DNA of 64,000 nucleotides from Clostridia bacterium (GTDB lineage Bacteria; Bacillota; Clostridia; DUPQ01). The notes under the pieces were generated by a model. It worked only from the letters and a program-made list of their open reading frames with translations, was not told where the DNA came from and did no database searches. Below, one piece after another: positions 58,441-64,000 of the stretch. The stretch's first letter is position 1, and every line of letters begins with the position of its first letter. The stretch lies in contig JAFGQE010000003.1 in NCBI GenBank assembly GCA_016935835.1, forward strand, positions 5,063-69,062, in the 5' to 3' direction. The translations under genes and the position numbers were made by a program.

Positions 58441-59361
58441 TTGAAGAACTATTTCCTGCGGCGAATCCTATCGGCCTTATTCACCATATTCCTGATTGCC
58501 ACGATAACCTTTTTTCTAATGAAAAGCGTTCCCGGGGGGCCGCTGACAAGGGAGAGGGCGCTCTCGCCGGAAATCGAAGCGGTCATGATTGAAAGGTATA
58601 ATCTTGACGCGCCGATCCTTGAACAGTATTTTGATTATATGAAGGGGCTTGTCACCTTCAACCTTGGTCCTTCATTTGCCAAGATAGGGCTTTCCGTCGA
58701 AGAATTGATTTGGAAGGGAATGCCCAATTCATTCAAGATAGGCGCGCTTTCGGTCCTTCTGATCATAATCCTTGGAATACCCATCGGAATAATATCCGCC
58801 TTGAAGCAAAACAAACCCATAGACTATTTCGTCATGTTCATGGCGACGCTCGGGGTAACCATCCCCAGTTTCGTCCTGGCAACCGGAATAATATATATTT
58901 TTGCGGGCAAGCTCGGCTGGATACCGTCTTTTGGGCTGAACTCTCCTCTGAGCTACATCGGCCCGGTCGTGGCACTGTCGGGATACTCGCTTTCCTTTGT
59001 TGCGAGGCTTACAAGGTCGAGCATGCTTGAGGTTCTAAGGCAGGACTACATAAGGACCGCAAGGGCGAACGGCCTCAGGGAGCTTTCGGTCATTGGGAAA
59101 CATGCAATAAAAAATGCCCTTATACCTGTAATAACCTATATTGGTCCGATGATTGCGGCGATACTGACCGGATCGTTCGTTATAGAGAAAATATTTGCAA
59201 TACCGGGCATCGGAAGATATTTTGTGGAAAGCGTGACAAACAGGGATTACACGGTGCTTCTGGGGATAACCGTATTTTATGCGGCGTTTTATGTAATCAT
59301 GGTACTGCTGGTTGATGTGGCGTATGCTTTGGTCGACCCTAGGATTAAGTTTAATAAGTGA
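58441..59361 (+). CDS. oppB: Oligopeptide ABC transporter permease
   Basis: TFFLMKSVPGGP, RSSMLEVLRQDYIRTARANG, HAIKNA, YALVDPRI. TTG start at 58441. Confidence 0.93.
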   Translation: MKNYFLRRILSALFTIFLIATITFFLMKSVPGGPLTRERALSPEIEAVMIERYNLDAPILEQYFDYMKGLVTFNLGPSFAKIGLSVEELIWKGMPNSFKIGALSVLLIIILGIPIGIISALKQNKPIDYFVMFMATLGVTIPSFVLATGIIYIFAGKLGWIPSFGLNSPLSYIGPVVALSGYSLSFVARLTRSSMLEVLRQDYIRTARANGLRELSVIGKHAIKNALIPVITYIGPMIAAILTGSFVIEKIFAIPGIGRYFVESVTNRDYTVLLGITVFYAAFYVIMVLLVDVAYALVDPRIKFNK

Positions 59362-59370
59362 GTTGGTGTT

Positions 59371-60570
59371 ATGGACAAAAAGAATTGGGAAATCGTTGAC
59401 CCGTCCCGCCTGACTGAAAACGAGGCCTACCGGCCGAGCCTTACATACTGGCAGGATGCTTGGAGAAGACTCAAGAAGAACATAGGGGCGATGATAGGAC
59501 TGGCGGGTGTGGTCCTGATGCTGCTGTTTGGCTTTCTCGGCCCACAGTTTACGGATTTTTCATACTCTGACCAGAACCTTGATTATTCAAACCTCCCCCC
59601 GAGGCTTTCCATATACAAACTTGACGAGGACCTTTGGGTTTACCTGAGCAATGACTACAAGCTGCTGAGAGTTACGGAAAAAGGCAAGTTGATCGAAAGG
59701 ATAGAAAGGCCGGCGGAATTGAACCCGCGTGCGGTTATAGATAAAAAGTATATATTTGTTTATGGCGATGAGGAAATCACAGTGGATTTCTCCTATGCCA
59801 AGCGATACAACGATACAGGCGAAGGATACCGGTTCACCATAATTTACAGAGGAACCACGCATATCGAACCTGATAAAAAAGTGGGAAACAGGGTGTATCC
59901 GTTTGGAACGGACAAAGTCGGCAGGGACTTGCTGACAAGGGTCATGTACGGCGCGCGCATATCGCTCATCGTTGCCTTCATAGCTACACTGGTCAGTTTT
60001 TTCATAGGCGTGATTTACGGGGCTGTTTCTGGATATGAAGGCGGCAAGATCGACAATTTCATGATGAGGATTGTCGACATCATAAACTCCATACCGCTGA
60101 TTCTTCTAGTCATTCTTCTTATGGTTATGTTTGAGAGAGGCGGACTGTGGACCATAATAATAGCGCTGGGCGCAGTCTATTGGGTCGGTATGGCAAGGCT
60201 GGTAAGGGGTCAGGCGCTTTCGCTCAAGAACCAGGAGTTCGTTCTCGCGGCCATAACGCTGGGGGTGTCGAAAAGAAAAATAATATCCAGGCATCTGATT
60301 CCGAATGCGATGGGCCCGATACTTGTATCCATGACAATGATGATTCCAAGCGCGGTTTTCACGGAATCATTCCTGAGTTTCATCGGGCTGGGGGTTTCGG
60401 CGCCGATGGCATCATGGGGAACGCTGGCTAACGAATCTCTTCCCGCCCTAACGACATATCCGTACCAATTGTTCTTTCCCGCTGGCGCAATCGCAATCAC
60501 AATGCTGGCATTCAATTTCGTGGGCGACGGGCTGAGGGACGCCCTGGATCCCAGGCTGAGGAAAGGATAG
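59371..60570 (+). CDS. oppC: Oligopeptide ABC transporter permease with enlarged extracytoplasmic loop
   Basis: YWQDAWRRLKKN, FGTDKVGRDL, EFVLAA, HLIPN, GDGLRDALDPR. Confidence 0.93.
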   Translation: MDKKNWEIVDPSRLTENEAYRPSLTYWQDAWRRLKKNIGAMIGLAGVVLMLLFGFLGPQFTDFSYSDQNLDYSNLPPRLSIYKLDEDLWVYLSNDYKLLRVTEKGKLIERIERPAELNPRAVIDKKYIFVYGDEEITVDFSYAKRYNDTGEGYRFTIIYRGTTHIEPDKKVGNRVYPFGTDKVGRDLLTRVMYGARISLIVAFIATLVSFFIGVIYGAVSGYEGGKIDNFMMRIVDIINSIPLILLVILLMVMFERGGLWTIIIALGAVYWVGMARLVRGQALSLKNQEFVLAAITLGVSKRKIISRHLIPNAMGPILVSMTMMIPSAVFTESFLSFIGLGVSAPMASWGTLANESLPALTTYPYQLFFPAGAIAITMLAFNFVGDGLRDALDPRLRKG

Positions 60571-60579
60571 GGTGGAACA

Positions 60580-61599
60580 ATGGAAAAGCTGCTTGAAATT
60601 ACAAATCTGAAAACCTCGTTTTTCACCCATTTCGGTGAAGTCCAGGCCGTCCGGGAAACAACGTTCTCAATGGACAAGGGGGAAGTGCTTGGAATAGTCG
60701 GAGAATCAGGAAGCGGAAAGAGCGTGACGGCGCTTTCAATAATGAGGCTTGTCGAGTCGCCGGGTAAAATAGTAAGCGGGAAGATAATCTTCGATGGCAA
60801 GGACATCACCGGTATGACCGAAAAAGAAATGACCGAGATTAGGGGCCAGGATATCGCAATGATTTTCCAGGATCCGATGACATCCCTTAATCCGGTTTAC
60901 ACAATACGAAACCAGATGGTGGAGGTCATAAGAAGGCATACGGACATGAGCAGGAAGCAGGCCTTGGCAAAAGCTGAGGATATGCTCAGGCTTGTGGAAA
61001 TACCGGAACCTAAAAAAAGAATAAACAGTTATCCGCATGAATTCTCCGGAGGAATGAAGCAAAGGGCAATGATTGCGACCGCACTGTCATGCGACCCGAA
61101 GCTTCTGATTGCCGACGAGCCTACGACGGCGCTCGATGTAACGATACAAGCACAGATAATCGCACTCATGAAGAACCTTAAGGAAAAGCTCAGCATGTCG
61201 ATAATAATAATAACCCACGACCTTGGGGTAATCGCTGAAATATGCAGCAGGATAATCGTCATGTACGGCGGCAAGATCATGGAGGAGGGCACAAGCGACG
61301 AGATTTTCTACGAACCTCAGAATCCATACACGGTCGGGCTTCATAAATCCGTTCCGAGGATGGATTCAGGCGACAGGAAGAGACTGGTACCGATAGCGGG
61401 CTCACCGCCCGATTTGCTTTCTCCTCCAGGCGGATGTCCTTTTTCACCCAGATGCCCGCATACCATGGAAATATGCCTGAAGGAGCATCCCCCGAAGTTT
61501 AATTTGAGCGCCACGCATTCCTCCGCTTGCTGGTTGCTGCATCCGGAGTCACCCGCGGTTGAAGGATACAGGAAAGGGGTTCAGAGGAATGAAGGATAA
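60580..61599 (+). CDS. oppD: Oligopeptide ABC transporter ATP-binding protein
   Basis: GESGSGKS, FQDPMTSLNP, FSGGMKQR, ADEPTTALD, C-terminal Cys cluster. Confidence 0.95.
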   Translation: MEKLLEITNLKTSFFTHFGEVQAVRETTFSMDKGEVLGIVGESGSGKSVTALSIMRLVESPGKIVSGKIIFDGKDITGMTEKEMTEIRGQDIAMIFQDPMTSLNPVYTIRNQMVEVIRRHTDMSRKQALAKAEDMLRLVEIPEPKKRINSYPHEFSGGMKQRAMIATALSCDPKLLIADEPTTALDVTIQAQIIALMKNLKEKLSMSIIIITHDLGVIAEICSRIIVMYGGKIMEEGTSDEIFYEPQNPYTVGLHKSVPRMDSGDRKRLVPIAGSPPDLLSPPGGCPFSPRCPHTMEICLKEHPPKFNLSATHSSACWLLHPESPAVEGYRKGVQRNEG

Positions 61600-62575
61600 A
61601 CAGCCGTTGCTCGAGGTTACGAACCTAAAGAAATATTTCGATGTGGGGCATAATATTTTTGCAAAAAGCAAATTGTTCCTCACAGCGGTAGACGATATAT
61701 CATTATATATCAACAGGGGGGAGACATTCGGTCTCGTGGGCGAATCCGGCTGCGGGAAATCAACGACCGGAAGAACCATAATAAAGCTGTATCAGGCCAC
61801 AGGAGGAAGGATAATTTTTGACGGGATAGACATAACCGACATTCCCGAGAAGCAAATGAAGCCCTACAGGAAACGGATGCAGATGATATTCCAGGACCCT
61901 TATTCCTCATTGAATACCAGGATGACTGTAACCGATATAATCGGCGAAGGCATTGATACCCATAATATAGCCAAGGGGAAGGCGAGACAGGAGATTATTT
62001 TCGACTTGCTTAACAAAGTGGGACTCAAGAGGGAGCACGCAAACAGGTATCCGCATGAATTTTCCGGGGGTCAAAGGCAGAGGATAGGCGTCGCAAGGGC
62101 CCTGGCGGTATCGCCCGACCTCATAATATGCGACGAGCCCATATCGGCTCTCGACGTATCCATACAGGCCCAGGTCGTCAACATGCTTGAGGATTTCCAG
62201 AACGAGATGGGCCTTACATATATGTTCATAGCCCACGACCTGTCAATGGTCAAGCATATTTCGGACAGGATAGGGGTCATGTATCTGGGCAAGCTGGTGG
62301 AGGTGTGCCCGAGCGACGAACTGTACGAGAAACCCCTTCACCCTTATACGCAGGCCCTCCTTTCGGCGATTCCGATTCCCGACCCAAGGGTTACAAGACA
62401 GAATAAAAGGATTATATTGCAAGGAGATGTCGTAAGTCCGATAAACCCGCCCGAGGGATGCCGGTTCTGCAGCAGGTGCAGGTATGTCATGGATGTCTGC
62501 AGGGAAGTAACGCCCGAGCTTAAGGAAGTCTCCCCCGGCCACGTGGTGGCATGCCATCTTATGGACAGGAAGTAG
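61589..62575 (+). CDS. oppF: Oligopeptide ABC transporter ATP-binding protein
   Basis: GESGCGKST, FSGGQRQRIG, CDEPISALDVS, GCRFCSRC, VACH. Confidence 0.95.
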   Translation: MKDKQPLLEVTNLKKYFDVGHNIFAKSKLFLTAVDDISLYINRGETFGLVGESGCGKSTTGRTIIKLYQATGGRIIFDGIDITDIPEKQMKPYRKRMQMIFQDPYSSLNTRMTVTDIIGEGIDTHNIAKGKARQEIIFDLLNKVGLKREHANRYPHEFSGGQRQRIGVARALAVSPDLIICDEPISALDVSIQAQVVNMLEDFQNEMGLTYMFIAHDLSMVKHISDRIGVMYLGKLVEVCPSDELYEKPLHPYTQALLSAIPIPDPRVTRQNKRIILQGDVVSPINPPEGCRFCSRCRYVMDVCREVTPELKEVSPGHVVACHLMDRK

Positions 62576-62604
62576 CGGGATAAATAGTGAGGAACATGGT
62601 ATTC

Positions 62605-62633
62605 TTGATATTTTTCGGTATCAGGAGTACAAT
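62605..62633 (+). promoter_or_regulatory. Internal sigma-A promoter for oppA
   Basis: TTGATA, 17-nt spacer, TACAAT. Confidence 0.55.
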
Positions 62634-62671
62634 AAATAACAAATATGTTCACAAATTTAAGGAGGGGAAAA

Positions 62672-64000
62672 ATGAAGAAAATACTAGTGATACTTCTGGC
62701 GGTTGCCATGCTTGTACCTGCTCTCGCAGGATGCTCGGGCACGGCCAGCGGCGGCGAGATGATCTTCAATTGGAACGTGGGTTCAAGCGGACCCAAGACG
62801 ATTGACCCGGGTCTCAACGGCGCCAGCGACGGAGGGGATGTCATCAACGCGACCTTTGAAGGCCTCGTTAGAGAAATAGACGGTGTCATCCAGCCAGGTG
62901 TTGCAAAATCCTGGGATATCTCCGATGACGGAAAGGTTTACACCTTCAAACTTAGGAAAATGAACTGGTCGGACGGAACCAAGCTCACGGCGAATGATTT
63001 CGTTTACGCATGGAAAAGAGCGATGGATCCAGCGACGGCATCCGAGTATCAGTTCATATGGGAGTACACGAATGTAGTCGGCGCATTTGAAGCCGCTTAT
63101 GAAGACGGATCGCTTGATAACGTAGGAATCAAGGCGGTTGACGACTATACCTTCGAAGTGACGCTGAAGGCGCCCACTGATTACTTCCTTGGACTCATGG
63201 CGTTCTATCATTTCATGCCTGTCAAGCAGTCGGCTGTTGAAACCGGCGCTGCGGACGGCGTATGGGCTAAGAATCCCGCGACCGCGGTCAGCAACGGACC
63301 TTTCAAACTGGAATCATATACTGAAAACGACAGACTTGTACTTGTGAAGAACGAAGAGTACTGGAACAAGAAAAACATCCAGATTACAAAGATCAACGGC
63401 TTCTTCATAGATGACGTATCAACCGCATACACAGCTTACAATTCAGGCGAACTGGACTTCATACCCGATGTTCCTCCGGCGGAAGTTCCCAGGCTGATCG
63501 TAGAAGACCCTGAATTCTATGTATTCCCGTTGCTTGGGACATATTACTACAGCTTCAACCTTGACAAAGAAATGTTCCAGGACGTCAAGGTAAGGAAAGC
63601 CCTTGCCCTTGCAATCGACAGGGAGGCGATCTGCGAAACCCTGGCTGCAGGACAGATACCCGCCGGCGGATTCGTTCCCCCGGGAATGCCTGATAATGAA
63701 GGAAGGGATTTCTTTGAAACAGCCGGACTTTATGGCTTCGTAACGGATGACAGCAAGGTTGCCGATGCAAAGGCCCTGCTTGCCGAGGCAGGATATCCGG
63801 GCGGGGAAGGTTTCCCGAAATTCACAATCCTCTACAACACATCCGCCGGACATCAGCTCATAGCTGAAATGGTCCAGGAAATGTGGAAAGTCAACCTTGG
63901 TCTCGATGTGGATCTGGCCAACCAGGAATGGGCGGTATTCCAGGATACAAGGAAAGAGGGCAACTTTGACGTGGCGAGGGGCGGATGGCTTACGGACTAT
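62672..64000 (+). CDS. oppA: Oligopeptide ABC transporter substrate-binding lipoprotein, partial (runs off window)
   Basis: Translated by eye: MKKILVILLAVAMLVPALAG-C lipobox, KTIDPG, FEGL, WSDGTKLTANDFVYAWKR, SNGPFKL, VRKALALAIDR. RBS AAGGAGG. Confidence 0.93.
   Translation, partial: MKKILVILLAVAMLVPALAGCSGTASGGEMIFNWNVGSSGPKTIDPGLNGASDGGDVINATFEGLVREIDGVIQPGVAKSWDISDDGKVYTFKLRKMNWSDGTKLTANDFVYAWKRAMDPATASEYQFIWEYTNVVGAFEAAYEDGSLDNVGIKAVDDYTFEVTLKAPTDYFLGLMAFYHFMPVKQSAVETGAADGVWAKNPATAVSNGPFKLESYTENDRLVLVKNEEYWNKKNIQITKINGFFIDDVSTAYTAYNSGELDFIPDVPPAEVPRLIVEDPEFYVFPLLGTYYYSFNLDKEMFQDVKVRKALALAIDREAICETLAAGQIPAGGFVPPGMPDNEGRDFFETAGLYGFVTDDSKVADAKALLAEAGYPGGEGFPKFTILYNTSAGHQLIAEMVQEMWKVNLGLDVDLANQEWAVFQDTRKEGNFDVARGGWLTDY

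Overview
A gene-dense, mostly core-genome segment of an anaerobic Bacillota (Clostridia-like) chromosome. The assignment rests on sigma-H, a T-box, the priA-def-fmt-rsmB-rlmN-stp-prkC-rsgA-rpe-thiN cluster and the phoH-pgpH-ybeY-cdd-era-recO cluster. In order it holds: the 3' end of a flavodiiron protein; a PHP hydrolase; T-box-controlled proS; a J-like/MoxR/DUF58/membrane operon; lon; a TauE exporter followed by the DUF39 + NIL-ferredoxin + UPF0280 sulfide-to-homocysteine module and proBA; a minus-strand M23 peptidase-bactofilin-class A PBP operon with a structured GGA-rich leader; the priA..thiN cluster; an aminotransferase with a CXXC mini-protein, a membrane polyferredoxin and an RCK_C protein; rqcH with two beta-propeller glycosidase-like genes; a lipoprotein; a Trx-TrxR fusion lacking the usual NADPH-specificity motif plus an NrdH-like redoxin; tRNA-Thr(GGT); sigH; a UroD-like gene; a chagasin-type inhibitor; the phoH..recO cluster; an uncharacterised GNAT / GmhA-like / HAD / deoxyhypusine-synthase-like / HldE-kinase-like / nitrilase operon (best candidate for an undescribed pathway); a GHL10-like enzyme behind a 33-bp tandem duplication; and oppBCDFA running off the end. 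I saw no mobile element, prophage or CRISPR array. All product calls come from motif recognition by eye, not database searches. Many starts were moved from the ORF track to the codon with a plausible RBS.
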